DNA of 64,000 nucleotides from an uncultured Alphaproteobacteria bacterium (GCA_902628835.1 CACOPD010000003.1:22053-86052); one strand, 5' to 3'. Shown: positions 18,494 through 28,904, numbered from the stretch's first letter. Notes: generated from the sequence alone by a model not told the origin. Made by a program: numbers and translations.

Positions 18494-19472
18494 TTTTGCT
18501 CCTAAAATATTTAACAAATGATGGAAAACCTATGCTCAATATTAATAAAAGTCCTGTAAAAATAATTATACCTACACCTGGTACATTGAGTAAACCAAGT
18601 CCAAAGGATAGCATGCCTAAAATAAAGATTGATATAACCACTCCTAGTATTGATCCAGATCCTCCATAAATATAAACACCACCTAAAACAACCATAGTGA
18701 TTATTTCAAGTTCCCATCCAAAAGCAATATTGGGTCTTACACTTGATAATCTACCTGAAAGAAATATAGCTGCAACTGCTGAAAAGAGTCCATTTAAAGT
18801 AAAAAGAATAAATGTATATCTATCAACATCTATTCCTGTGTATTGTGCAGAGTCTGGATTATTGCCAATAGAGTAAATTCTTTTTCCAATTATTGTTCTA
18901 TGTAAAATAAATGCAAATATTAATGACATTATTATAAAAGTTAAAAAGGCATAAGGGATGTAACCAAATAAATAATCACTACCCAGTGAAACTACGAATT
19001 TTGGAAATTTATTATAATATTGATCTTCAAGGAAAGAATAAGCTAAACCTCTAAACAGTGACATAGTTCCTATAGTGACAATTATTGATGGAATAGCAAA
19101 CCTGGTTATAATTAATCCATTAAATGCACCACATAATATTCCACTTAGTAATGTAAATGAAATTACTAGATAAGTATCAAAACCTACGCTTGTTGTATAT
19201 CCAAGTACACATGAGGACACGGCAATTATAGATGCAACAGATAAGTCAATTTGTCTTGCAATGATAACAAAGGTCATACTTAAAGCTATAATTGCTTTTT
19301 CGCTAAACAAAAAAGTACTATCAATCAAATTGTAAAGATCTAAAAAATAAGGTGAGATATTTGAATTAATTATAATTATAGAAAGAAAAACCATAAAAAG
19401 AATAAATTCTTTTTTGTAAAGAATATTAATTAATTTAAATGGTGGATTATCTGGAATTAAATTTTTCATCAT
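18486..19472 (-). CDS. rhaQ: Sugar ABC transporter permease (RhaQ-like, ribose/CUT2 type).
   Basis: Multi-pass membrane protein of the RbsC/branched type (IDLSVASI, GGxGSIxG). It sits after the first permease in a rha-type operon. Confidence 0.8.
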   Translation of the reverse strand: MMKNLIPDNPPFKLINILYKKEFILFMVFLSIIIINSNISPYFLDLYNLIDSTFLFSEKAIIALSMTFVIIARQIDLSVASIIAVSSCVLGYTTSVGFDTYLVISFTLLSGILCGAFNGLIITRFAIPSIIVTIGTMSLFRGLAYSFLEDQYYNKFPKFVVSLGSDYLFGYIPYAFLTFIIMSLIFAFILHRTIIGKRIYSIGNNPDSAQYTGIDVDRYTFILFTLNGLFSAVAAIFLSGRLSSVRPNIAFGWELEIITMVVLGGVYIYGGSGSILGVVISIFILGMLSFGLGLLNVPGVGIIIFTGLLLILSIGFPSFVKYFRSKNE

Positions 19473-20437
19473 TCTACCATAATTGTTTTTTCTTTTCTTT
19501 GTTCTGTCTTAGTATTGATGATTATAGCTATTAATATTATAGCTCCTGAAATAGCCAACTGCCAAAACTGAGATATATCTACAGCGGGTAATGCATTTCT
19601 AATAAATCCTATTAACAGAGCTCCAAGTGTACATCCAATTACTGTTCCCACACCACCCATGACACTTATCCCGCCAACAACACATGCAGAAATGACTGTT
19701 AATTCAAATCCTATTGCTATTTGAGTTGATGCAACTGAGTATCTTGCAACCCATAAATATCCACATAAGCCAGCAAAAAAACCTGATAAAGAATAAGCTA
19801 AAATAATATATTTGTTTTCGTTTATACCTATATATTTTGCTGCATCTGGGTTCCCACCAAGAGAATAAAGATTTCGTCCAAACCGGGTGTGATTTAATAA
19901 AATATACATCAATATAAATACTGCAACCGCTATCCAAAATAAAAAGGAAAGAGATAAAAATTTATAGTGAATTAAAGCAAGAAAATCTTCTGAGAATTCA
20001 GAGGAATATACTTGTTTACCATCACTTACAAAATAAATTAATCCCCTATAAATACTTAGTGTTCCAAGAGTTGTAACAATAAATGGAACCTTAAGAATAG
20101 CAATAGATACACCATTTAGAACTCCTAAAAAAGTTCCGATTGAACAAGAAAGTAAAATAAAAAAAATAACAGGTAATTCTGGATAAATTGTAGATAATAG
20201 AGATATTAGCATTCCTGATAAAGCTAAATTTGAAGCAACCGATAAATCGATTGCCCTTATTAAAATTACTAGCATTTGACTTAAAGCTAAAATAATTAAA
20301 ATTGAAGTATCAGTTAATACATCTGATAGACTAGATGGCTTTACAAAAAATGGGTTTGCTATGCCAACAACCACTACTCCAAAAACAATTATTGCAAATA
20401 AAATAAAATCTCTACTAGTTATAATTTTTTTGATCAT
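19469..20437 (-). CDS. rhaP: Sugar ABC transporter permease (RhaP-like, CUT2 type).
   Basis: Shows the same RbsC-like features (IDLSVASN, GGVGTVIG). It overlaps rhaQ by 4 nt and abuts the ATPase gene. Confidence 0.8.
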   Translation of the reverse strand: MIKKIITSRDFILFAIIVFGVVVVGIANPFFVKPSSLSDVLTDTSILIILALSQMLVILIRAIDLSVASNLALSGMLISLLSTIYPELPVIFFILLSCSIGTFLGVLNGVSIAILKVPFIVTTLGTLSIYRGLIYFVSDGKQVYSSEFSEDFLALIHYKFLSLSFLFWIAVAVFILMYILLNHTRFGRNLYSLGGNPDAAKYIGINENKYIILAYSLSGFFAGLCGYLWVARYSVASTQIAIGFELTVISACVVGGISVMGGVGTVIGCTLGALLIGFIRNALPAVDISQFWQLAISGAIILIAIIINTKTEQRKEKTIMVE

Positions 20438-21916
20438 TTATTCTCCACTTGCTAGCTTAACAATTTCTTCTGAAGTTGTATTTGATACATCTAATATATT
20501 TTTTACTAAACCTTTATACATAACAACTACACGATCACACATACCAAGAATTTCTGTTAATTCAGATGAAATCATTATGATAGACATTCCAGTGTCAACA
20601 AGTTCACCCATAAATTCATGAACTGCTGATTTAGATTTTACGTCTATACCTTTTGTAGGTTCATCTAAAATTAATATTTCAGGTTTAGTAGATAACCATT
20701 TTGCAATAACTGTCTTCTGCTGATTACCACCTGATAAACTTTGTGCTAATTGACTCCAATAAGAAACTTTTATATTTAATTTATCTTGCAGTTCCTCAGC
20801 GTTTCTTATTTCTTTTAATTGATTAATTATCAAATAATCAGAATTTTTATCCATAACTGCCATGTTAATATTATCTTTAACGGACATTAGACCTGTCATT
20901 CCTAAATTTTGTCTTTCTTCAGAAAGGTAAACTATTCCATTTTGAATAGCATCATTTGGCTTTCTTATTTTTAATTTTTTTCCTTTAAAAAAAACTTCTC
21001 CTTCATCATATTTATTTATTCCAAAAATAGTTTTCATTATTTCTGTTCTTCCAGATCCAACTAGTCCATAAAAACCAAGAATCTCTTTTTTTCTTAAATT
21101 AAAATTGATATTTTTAAATTGTGTTTTCTTATATAAATTTTTTACATTAAATATTTCTTGCTCAATTTTAACTTGTTTTTTTGGAAAGATTTGATCAATT
21201 TCTCTACCAACCATATATGTTACTAATTTATCTTTATTAGTATTTGTAATTAAATCAGTATTAATAAACTCTCCATCTCTTAACACTGTAAACTCATCAC
21301 AGACTTCCATAATTTCATCAAGTTTATGTGATATAAAAATAATTGACTTATTTTGTTTTTTTAAATTTCTTATTATTGAATACAATTCGTCAATTTCTTT
21401 TTGAGAAAGAGAAGCTGTTGGCTCATCCATAATCACAATATCAGCATCATGAATTAAAGATCTTGAAATTTGAACAATATGTCTTTGCGCAATACTAAGA
21501 TCTTTAATTTTCTCATTTGGCCTAATATCAGCTTCTAAATTTCCAAGAAGTTCTTTTGTTTTTCTTTCCATTTGTTGCCAATCAACTAGGTTATTTGGTT
21601 TTGTAATATGATTTCCAATAAAAATATTTTCCGTTACGCTCAATTCATCGAACATAACAGACTCTTGATGAATTGCAGATATGCCTAAGGATAATGATTC
21701 TAATGGATTAGTTATGTTATGCTCAATATTATTTAAAAAAATTTTACCTTCATCAGGTTGATAAACTCCACATAGTATTTTTACTAATGTTGACTTTCCA
21801 GCACCGTTTTCTCCAAGAAGAGCATGTATGCTATTGTCTTTAAGTTTAAAATCAACTTTTTGAAGAGCCTTTATTCCAGGAAAAAATTTAGATATTTTTT
21901 TTAACTCAAGTTTCAT
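20438..21916 (-). CDS. rhaT: Sugar ABC transporter ATP-binding protein with two fused nucleotide-binding domains.
   Basis: Walker A GENGAGKST with LSIAQRHIV…IMDEPTA, then a second half with GLVGSGRTE, LSGGNQQK and ILDEPTKGID. Confidence 0.9.
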   Translation of the reverse strand: MKLELKKISKFFPGIKALQKVDFKLKDNSIHALLGENGAGKSTLVKILCGVYQPDEGKIFLNNIEHNITNPLESLSLGISAIHQESVMFDELSVTENIFIGNHITKPNNLVDWQQMERKTKELLGNLEADIRPNEKIKDLSIAQRHIVQISRSLIHDADIVIMDEPTASLSQKEIDELYSIIRNLKKQNKSIIFISHKLDEIMEVCDEFTVLRDGEFINTDLITNTNKDKLVTYMVGREIDQIFPKKQVKIEQEIFNVKNLYKKTQFKNINFNLRKKEILGFYGLVGSGRTEIMKTIFGINKYDEGEVFFKGKKLKIRKPNDAIQNGIVYLSEERQNLGMTGLMSVKDNINMAVMDKNSDYLIINQLKEIRNAEELQDKLNIKVSYWSQLAQSLSGGNQQKTVIAKWLSTKPEILILDEPTKGIDVKSKSAVHEFMGELVDTGMSIIMISSELTEILGMCDRVVVMYKGLVKNILDVSNTTSEEIVKLASGE

Positions 21917-21921
21917 AATTT

Positions 21922-21953
21922 AACATATGACCATTTTAAAATGGTCATATGTT
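21922..21953 (-). promoter_or_regulatory. Perfect 32-nt palindrome (intercistronic RNA hairpin) between the binding-protein gene and the ATPase gene.
   Basis: AACATATGACCATTTT/AAAATGGTCATATGTT. It begins 11 nt after the rhaS stop and ends 5 nt before the rhaT ATG at 21916. Confidence 0.6.
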
Positions 21954-21964
21954 TTAAGATTTAT

Positions 21965-22951
21965 TTAGAATATTTCTGCAAATTTATCGATATTTGACGC
22001 ATCAAAAATAAATGGATCAGCCATAGCCGCAGAATTACCTGCCCCTATACAAATCTCACCCATTCTACCTGTAGGAATACATTCGCCTTCTTGACCTTTG
22101 AATGCACCGCTAGCTATTTGATGTGATAAGTAAACAGCTGAGTATCCTAAATCAATAGGATTCCAAATTCCAAATTGGATTGCAGCACCACTTTTTACAT
22201 GAGCTTTCATTTCACTAGGGAGTCCAAGACCTGTAACAAATACCTTGCCAACTAAGCCCTGATCTTCTACTGCCTTTGCAGCTGCAACAATACCTACTGA
22301 AGTTGGAGCTATAATACCTTTTAAGTTTGGATGTTTTTTAAATAGACCCAAAGCTTCTTGATAACTTTTATCAAATAAGTCATCACCATAAACAGTATCA
22401 ACCCATTTCATTTTTGAGTATTCAGGTTTAGCAAATTCTTTTTTCATTTCTTCAATCCAAGCATTTTGATTTGTTGCTTGACTTGTTGCACTTAGAATAG
22501 CAAATTCACCTTCATCACCCATAGAATTTTTCATCCACTTAATGTTAGATGATCCAATTAATGCAGTATTTGAAGGATCTAAATTCATCACTCTTCCATC
22601 TTCACCAATACCAGAATCCCAAGAAATTACTGTAATACCTCTTTGCATTGCTTTTTTCCCTATTGGAACAAGAGCATCTCTGTCATTTGCAGAAATTGCA
22701 ATTGCATCAACCTTTTGAGCAATTAAAGAATTTATTACTTCAATTTGAGCTTCAGCTGTAGTTGTAGCTGGGCCTGTGTAAATTACTTCTATACCTCCAA
22801 TTTCTTTTGCAGCTTCTTCGCCACCTTCAGCAGCAGCTTCAAAGAAACCAATACCAAGTCCTTTAACCACAAGTGCAATGCGCATATCATCTGCATATGT
22901 GTTAAAGGAAATTAAAAGAAATGAAGATAAAACTAATAGTATTTTTTTCAT
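21965..22951 (-). CDS. rhaS: Periplasmic rhamnose-type (RhaS/LsrB-like) sugar-binding protein.
   Basis: Signal peptide MKKILLVLSSFLLISFNTYA and a PBP type I fold (ALVVKGLGIGFF…A..GG.EAAKE.G…TGP). AGGAGGAATAAAATG precedes ATG 22951, so the track's longer start at 22996 is unlikely. Confidence 0.85.
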   Translation of the reverse strand: MKKILLVLSSFLLISFNTYADDMRIALVVKGLGIGFFEAAAEGGEEAAKEIGGIEVIYTGPATTTAEAQIEVINSLIAQKVDAIAISANDRDALVPIGKKAMQRGITVISWDSGIGEDGRVMNLDPSNTALIGSSNIKWMKNSMGDEGEFAILSATSQATNQNAWIEEMKKEFAKPEYSKMKWVDTVYGDDLFDKSYQEALGLFKKHPNLKGIIAPTSVGIVAAAKAVEDQGLVGKVFVTGLGLPSEMKAHVKSGAAIQFGIWNPIDLGYSAVYLSHQIASGAFKGQEGECIPTGRMGEICIGAGNSAAMADPFIFDASNIDKFAEIF

Positions 22952-23075
22952 TTTATTCCTCCTATAAATAATAATCATAATAGAAATGAATAACATTAAA
23001 TAATCAAGGAAAAAATATAATTAACTTTGATTTCTTAATCAATTAAATGTAAATCATTGCATAAGAGCATAATTT

Positions 23076-25163
23076 ATGAAAAATAGATATCAAATACCTG
23101 TTAAAAATAATTGGAATAAAAATTTTAATAAACTTAGTAAACTTCAACAATTAATTATCAGATCAAATTTATTAGGTAGAGATTTGAAAATAACTAATTT
23201 TGGAGGTGGAAATACCTCTTCTAAAATTAATCTTAAAGATCCCTTAGATAAAGTAAGTCAAAATATTCTCTATGTTAAGGGTTCGGGTGGAGATCTTGGG
23301 TCAATTAAAGAAGATGGATTTGCAAGTCTCTATATGGATAAGCTAAATAATTTAAAAAATATTTACAAAGGATTTAACTTTGAAGATGAAATGGTTGGTT
23401 ATTATCCTATGTGTACTTTTAACAATAATCCAAGAGCAGCCAGCATAGATACTCCTCTTCATGCTTATGTTCCATATCCAGAAGTTGATCACACGCATCC
23501 TGATTCAATAATAGCATTGGCAACAATGAAGAATGGAAGAGATATTGTAAATAAAGTTTATGAAAATAAATTAGGATGGTTAAATTGGCAACGTCCAGGT
23601 TTTGACCTTGGTCTTAAAATGGAAAAACTAATAAAAAGTAATAAAAATATTATAGGAATTGTTTTAGGGCACCATGGTTTATTTACTTGGGCTAATACAA
23701 GTGAGCAATGTTATAAAAATTCAATTGACATAATTAAAAAAGCTCAGATTTATCTCAATGACTCAATAAAAAAATATTCGTTTGGCAAATCTATTTATAA
23801 AATAAAATCTAATAGTGAATTCGAAAATAAATTAATTTCAACTTTGAGAGGACAATTATCTAAAGAAAATTTTAAAATATTACATATAGATAAATCTAAG
23901 GTAACATTAGAATTTGTAAATTCACAAAATATGAAAAAAGTATCGGCAATAGGTACATCATGTCCTGATCATTTTTTGAGGACAAAAAGATTGCCTTTAG
24001 TTCTTCCTTCATTAAGTGATTTAATGAAAAAAGAAAATGAATTGAAAAAAAATATAGAAAAATATCTTAAAAAATACAAAGATGAATATGGCAAATATTA
24101 TAAAAGAAATAAAAATAAAAATTCTCCAAATTTAAGAGACCCTTATCCTGTAATTGTTCTAATACCTGAATATGGAATGATGTCATTTGCTAAAAATAAA
24201 TCTACTGCTAGAATTTCTAGTGAATTTTTCTGTAATGCAATAAATGTTATGAAGGGTGCAGAAGGTGTAAGTAAATATACAGGTTTAACAGAAAAGGAAG
24301 CCTTTAGAATAGAATACTGGGAACTTGAAGAGGCAAAATTAAGAAGAATGCCTCCTGAAAAAGAATTAGCGGGAAAAGTTGCGTTAATTACAGGTGCCGC
24401 TGGTGGAATAGGTTCTGCAACTGCAAATAAGTTTTTAAAAGAGGGATGTTGTGTAATCTTAACTGATATTGACAGTAAAGCGCTTCAACAAACTAAAAAG
24501 AGTTTTCAAAATAAATTTGGTACTGATGTTGTTAAGTCTATTGTAATGGATGTAACTAAAGAAAATGATGTAAAAAAAGCAGTTGATGAGAGTGTTAATA
24601 AATTTGGTGGAATTGATATTTTAGTCGCGAATGCTGGTTTTGCTTCAGCCGCGCCATTTGACAAAACTTCATCTAAATTGTGGGATAAAAATATGGCTGT
24701 ACTTTCCAAAGGTTGTTTCCTTATTAGTCGGGAAGTATATTCACAAATGATGAGACAGAATATTGGTGGCTCTATAATATTTATTTCTAGCAAAAATAGC
24801 TTAAGTGCCTCCAAGGGAGCATCTGCGTATAGTGTCGCAAAAAGCTCTTTACTTCATCTATCTAGATCAATAGCCTTGGAAGGTGCAGAACATAAAATTA
24901 GATCAAATATTATAAATCCTGATGCCGTAATACAAAACTCAAGAATTTGGAGTGGGGATTGGAAAAAACAACGTGCAGCAGGTAATAATATTCCAATAAA
25001 TAAAGTTGAAGAATTTTATAAGAATAGAAGTCTGTTAAAAGTTAGTGTTTTGCCAGAGGACATAGCTGAAGGTATTTATTTTTTTGCAAGTTCCAAATCT
25101 AAAAAGTCTACTGGTAATATAATTAATATTGATGGAGGGAACATAACATCTTTCACTAGATGA
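23076..25163 (+). CDS. rhaD: Bifunctional rhamnulose-1-phosphate aldolase / short-chain dehydrogenase (rhizobial RhaD / Bacillus YuxG type).
   Basis: 695 aa. The N-terminal class II aldolase/adducin-like domain has NFGGGNTS…KGSGGDLG and HT.HPD. The C-terminal SDR domain has ALITGAAGGIGSA, NAG and YSVAKSS (YxxxK). Confidence 0.9.
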   Translation: MKNRYQIPVKNNWNKNFNKLSKLQQLIIRSNLLGRDLKITNFGGGNTSSKINLKDPLDKVSQNILYVKGSGGDLGSIKEDGFASLYMDKLNNLKNIYKGFNFEDEMVGYYPMCTFNNNPRAASIDTPLHAYVPYPEVDHTHPDSIIALATMKNGRDIVNKVYENKLGWLNWQRPGFDLGLKMEKLIKSNKNIIGIVLGHHGLFTWANTSEQCYKNSIDIIKKAQIYLNDSIKKYSFGKSIYKIKSNSEFENKLISTLRGQLSKENFKILHIDKSKVTLEFVNSQNMKKVSAIGTSCPDHFLRTKRLPLVLPSLSDLMKKENELKKNIEKYLKKYKDEYGKYYKRNKNKNSPNLRDPYPVIVLIPEYGMMSFAKNKSTARISSEFFCNAINVMKGAEGVSKYTGLTEKEAFRIEYWELEEAKLRRMPPEKELAGKVALITGAAGGIGSATANKFLKEGCCVILTDIDSKALQQTKKSFQNKFGTDVVKSIVMDVTKENDVKKAVDESVNKFGGIDILVANAGFASAAPFDKTSSKLWDKNMAVLSKGCFLISREVYSQMMRQNIGGSIIFISSKNSLSASKGASAYSVAKSSLLHLSRSIALEGAEHKIRSNIINPDAVIQNSRIWSGDWKKQRAAGNNIPINKVEEFYKNRSLLKVSVLPEDIAEGIYFFASSKSKKSTGNIINIDGGNITSFTR

Positions 25164-26518
25164 TTAAAAAACAAACAAATATAATCTTAGATATTGGTAA
25201 AACAAATGTCAAACTTGTCTTAATAAGCCTACAGGGAAAAATAATAAAAGAAATTAGGACAAGACAAACATTAAAAAAATATAAAAATAAAATTATATAT
25301 TTAAATTCACAAAAAATTTTTGATTGGCTTATAGTAAATTTAAAAAGATTAACTGCAAATTATAAAATTTATAAGTTTGTTTGTGCAACACACGGTGCAA
25401 CAATTGCATTCATAGATAAAGATAATAAAGAAATTATTGCGAGTACTGATTATGAGTATTCTTATGATAAATTTATTAAAGAATTTAAAAAAATAGCACC
25501 AAGTTTCCATACCTCATTAACACCTCACTTAGAAGTAGGATTAAATACTGGACAACAAATATATTACTTAAATAGAATGTTTCCTGAAGTAATTAAAAGA
25601 ACTAAATTTATTTTATCCTATCCACAATACATCTCTTGGAAACTTTCAGGTAATTTCTCAAGTGAGATTTCTTACATTGGATGTCATAGTTTTCTATGGA
25701 ACTTTAATAAGAACACATACTCTTCACTTGTAAAAAAATTAAAAATTTATGATAAATTTCCTAAAATTCAAAGAGCGTGGAAAAGTATTGGTTATTTCAA
25801 AATTAATGATAGCAAAATAAGCATCTTAAATGGAATACATGATAGCAATGCTTCGTATTTGTATTTTAAAAATTCAAAACTCAAAAATTTCACTCTAGTT
25901 TCAACTGGAACTTGGTACATAATTTTTAATCAACAAACCAAATTGAAAAAATTAAATCCAAAATTAGATATGCTGTCGAACATTGATGTTTTTGGTAATC
26001 ATGTGCCAACAATGCGGTTTATGGGTGGAAGAGAATATGATGTTCTTTGTAAATCATTAAAAATAAAAAATAAAACATCAGCTAAAATAAGTGAAGAAGA
26101 TTTAATTAATAATCTAATTTATCCTAGTTTTGCAAGTGCTGGGCCTTTTAAACTTAATAAAACAATTAAAAAAATAAAACTATCTAACAATCAAAAATAT
26201 TCTTTAATTTGTATATATATGGCTTTTACATTAAATTTTTGTCTTGATTATATGGAATCATCAGCTGATATAATTTTAGATGGTCCAGTTACAAAAAATA
26301 ATTACATAATGAAAATTGTAGCAAATTTAAGAAATACTCAAAAAATCTTTAAAAATAAAAAAGAAGTAGGGACAAGCCTAGGTGCAAGTTTATTATTTAA
26401 TATAAATAAGAAAAGTAATATTGATTTAAGAAAAATTAATTCAATTAATGATCTAGATTATAAATATATATATTCAATTTGGTTGAAAAATTTAAAAAAG
26501 AAAAAATTAATTAATTAA
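25160..26518 (+). CDS. rhaK: Carbohydrate kinase (FGGY-related, RhaK-like rhamnulose/rhamnose kinase).
   Basis: N-terminal ILDIGKTNVKLVL (ASKHA phosphate-1 motif) and STGTW. It overlaps rhaD by 4 nt. The assignment rests mainly on context and size. Confidence 0.6.
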   Translation: MIKKQTNIILDIGKTNVKLVLISLQGKIIKEIRTRQTLKKYKNKIIYLNSQKIFDWLIVNLKRLTANYKIYKFVCATHGATIAFIDKDNKEIIASTDYEYSYDKFIKEFKKIAPSFHTSLTPHLEVGLNTGQQIYYLNRMFPEVIKRTKFILSYPQYISWKLSGNFSSEISYIGCHSFLWNFNKNTYSSLVKKLKIYDKFPKIQRAWKSIGYFKINDSKISILNGIHDSNASYLYFKNSKLKNFTLVSTGTWYIIFNQQTKLKKLNPKLDMLSNIDVFGNHVPTMRFMGGREYDVLCKSLKIKNKTSAKISEEDLINNLIYPSFASAGPFKLNKTIKKIKLSNNQKYSLICIYMAFTLNFCLDYMESSADIILDGPVTKNNYIMKIVANLRNTQKIFKNKKEVGTSLGASLLFNINKKSNIDLRKINSINDLDYKYIYSIWLKNLKKKKLIN

Positions 26519-28136
26519 TATTAGTTTCACTTAAAAAATCACCACATCTTAAACCTAGCATCATTGCTGGTGCAGATGTATTGCCTGAATTAATATTTGG
26601 CATTGCTGATAAATCACAAACTCTTAAATTTTCAATACCTCTTACTCTTAATTTAGAATCTAATACTGACATTTTATCATTATCAGCTCCCATTTTAGCC
26701 GTACCAGATGGATGATAATTTGTTCTTACAAATCGTCTACAATGTTTTTCTAGATTTTCATCATTTAAATTTTCAGTATTTGGAACAATTATTTTTTTTA
26801 CTTTTTTTGATAATGGTCCATTTGTAAGAGCCTGTAAAAAAAATCGTTGTCCCGCCATCATCATTCTTAAATCATCTTCATGTTTTAATAAATTTAATTC
26901 AATTTCTGGATTATCTTTAAAATTAGATGATTTTAGTTTTACATAACCTCTTGATTTTGGTTTTGTCATTACAGTTGTAATTGACATTCCGTAATCATCA
27001 TCAATAACACCAATAGTATCTGAATTCATATAAATACTTGGAACAAAAAAAGCTTGTATATATGCTAAATCATCACTGTTTATAGGATTAACAAATGCTC
27101 CAGCTTCAACTCCAGTCGAATTTACTCTGCCTGTTCCAAATAAGAGAAACTCAATGCCATTTTTTAACATTCTCCAACCTTCACCTTGTTTGTAATAACC
27201 ATATTTGCCATTAGCGGATGCAATTAAAGGACATTCAGGATGATCCATTAAGTTTTTACCAACTCCTGGAAGATTATTTTTGCATTTTATAGACAGTATT
27301 TCTAATTCTTCTTCATTTCCGATTCCAGATAACATTAATATTTTTGGCGTAATAAATGAACCAGCGGCTAATATTACTTCTTTATTAGCAAATACTTTTT
27401 CTTCTTCACCACTAGAGTTTTCAATAATCACTCCAATAGCTTTATTGTTTTCAATTATAATTTTTTTCACTTTTGTTTTTAGTAATAAATTGAGTAAAGG
27501 ATTATTGTTCTGCTTCTCTATAAAAGCGTATGCAGCTGATGATCTTTTTCCTTTACGATTCATAAATTGATATAGACCAACACCTTTTTGTTGCTGACCG
27601 TTAAAATCATCAGTTTTACTTACGCCAAGAGAAGCAACGGATTCGATAAAATCATATGACAATTGATCAACATGCGATGAATCGGAAACGTTTAAATTGC
27701 CTTTTTTACTATGATATTCATTTTCAAGACGAGAATTATTTTCCATTTCTTTAAAATATGGAAGTACTGTTTCCCAATCCCACTTAACATTATCATTGTT
27801 GACTCTGAGTATTTCATTCCATTCATTATAATCCTCTGCCCTACCTCTCATATAAACTTGAGCATTAATTGAAGTTCCTCCTCCTAAAACATTACCCTGA
27901 GGTATAATATTAACTCTATTGTTTAAATGTTTTTGAGGATTAGTTTTGTGATAAGTTGCATACTTAGAATCATTAACTAATTTAAAAAAACCTGCGGGTA
28001 CATCAAGTAAAAAATTATGATGAGAGTAGCCTGCCTCAATAAGTACAACTGACTTATTGGAGTTTAAAAGTTTATGTGTCAGAGCGCAGCCTGAAGCTCC
28101 ACCGCCTATCACTATATAATCAGAATATTTCTCCAT
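26511..28136 (-). CDS. GMC-family FAD oxidoreductase (choline/alcohol/sugar dehydrogenase-like), copy 1.
   Basis: Contains DYIVIGGGASGC, GGTSINAQVYMRG, HPSGTAKMG and RVCDLSAMPNINSGNTSAPAMMLG. Confidence 0.9.
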   Translation of the reverse strand: MEKYSDYIVIGGGASGCALTHKLLNSNKSVVLIEAGYSHHNFLLDVPAGFFKLVNDSKYATYHKTNPQKHLNNRVNIIPQGNVLGGGTSINAQVYMRGRAEDYNEWNEILRVNNDNVKWDWETVLPYFKEMENNSRLENEYHSKKGNLNVSDSSHVDQLSYDFIESVASLGVSKTDDFNGQQQKGVGLYQFMNRKGKRSSAAYAFIEKQNNNPLLNLLLKTKVKKIIIENNKAIGVIIENSSGEEEKVFANKEVILAAGSFITPKILMLSGIGNEEELEILSIKCKNNLPGVGKNLMDHPECPLIASANGKYGYYKQGEGWRMLKNGIEFLLFGTGRVNSTGVEAGAFVNPINSDDLAYIQAFFVPSIYMNSDTIGVIDDDYGMSITTVMTKPKSRGYVKLKSSNFKDNPEIELNLLKHEDDLRMMMAGQRFFLQALTNGPLSKKVKKIIVPNTENLNDENLEKHCRRFVRTNYHPSGTAKMGADNDKMSVLDSKLRVRGIENLRVCDLSAMPNINSGNTSAPAMMLGLRCGDFLSETNIN

Positions 28137-28139
28137 TAA

Positions 28140-28904
28140 TTATCTTGTGGTATAACCTCCATCTACAACTAACACTTCACCAGTCACATAGCTTGAGGCT
28201 GGGCTACATAAAAAAAGTGCTGCAGCTCCAATTTCTTCTGTTTCGGCCATTCTACCTAAAGGTGTCATCTTATCCCAAGTAGGATACCAGTGTTCATTTT
28301 CTTTTGGAAGAGAAGTCATTTCAGTTCTAAAATAACCAGGAGCTATAGCATTAACACGAATATTTTGATCTGCAAAATCACTGGCTAAACTTTTAGTAAT
28401 CATGTGAACTGCTGCTTTAGAAGCATTATAAGCAACTTGTGGTTGAGGAATGTTAGAAACAAGTCCTGAAATTGAACCAATATTTAATATAACTCCTTCA
28501 CCTTGTTTTTTCATAGGTGTAATTGCTGATCTACACATTCTAAAAAGAGCATCAACATTAATGTTCATTATTTTATCTAAGAGATCATCATTAAATTCTT
28601 CCATTTCACCATGTTGTGCTACACCTGCATTATTTACTAAAATATCAATCGACCCATGTTTGTCTAAAGTATAATCTACTATTTTTTGTGGAACTTGCTT
28701 ATCAGTTATGTCTGCTTCAAAAAAAGAGACGTTATAATTTGCTTTTTGTAAACTTTCTAAACCTCCAAATTTATCTGTCCTACTGGTTACAACAAGTTTT
28801 GCTCCAGCTTCTCCTAAAGCATGTGCTATTGATAAACCAATACCTCTAGTACCACCTGTGACAACTGCTATTTTATCTGTTACTTTGAATCGTTCTAATA
28901 TCAT
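28140..28904 (-). CDS. Short-chain dehydrogenase/reductase.
   Basis: Contains VVTGGTRGIG, NNAG and YNASKAA (YxxxK). The likely start is ATG 28904 (MILERFKV…), preceded by GGGGGAG. The track's start at 28964 adds an implausible 20-aa extension. Confidence 0.9.
   Translation of the reverse strand: MILERFKVTDKIAVVTGGTRGIGLSIAHALGEAGAKLVVTSRTDKFGGLESLQKANYNVSFFEADITDKQVPQKIVDYTLDKHGSIDILVNNAGVAQHGEMEEFNDDLLDKIMNINVDALFRMCRSAITPMKKQGEGVILNIGSISGLVSNIPQPQVAYNASKAAVHMITKSLASDFADQNIRVNAIAPGYFRTEMTSLPKENEHWYPTWDKMTPLGRMAETEEIGAAALFLCSPASSYVTGEVLVVDGGYTTR

Noticed and set aside
23027-23042. TTGATT-TCTT-AATCAA inverted repeat in the rhaS/rhaD divergent region, and ATTAAAT-N12-ATTTAAT (about 52577-52602) in the oxygenase/ABC divergent region, considered as possible operators.
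   Set aside because: These are short all-A/T-rich repeats in DNA that is roughly 70% A+T, so they are expected by chance. No regulator gene is nearby to bind them, and I cannot assess significance without computation.
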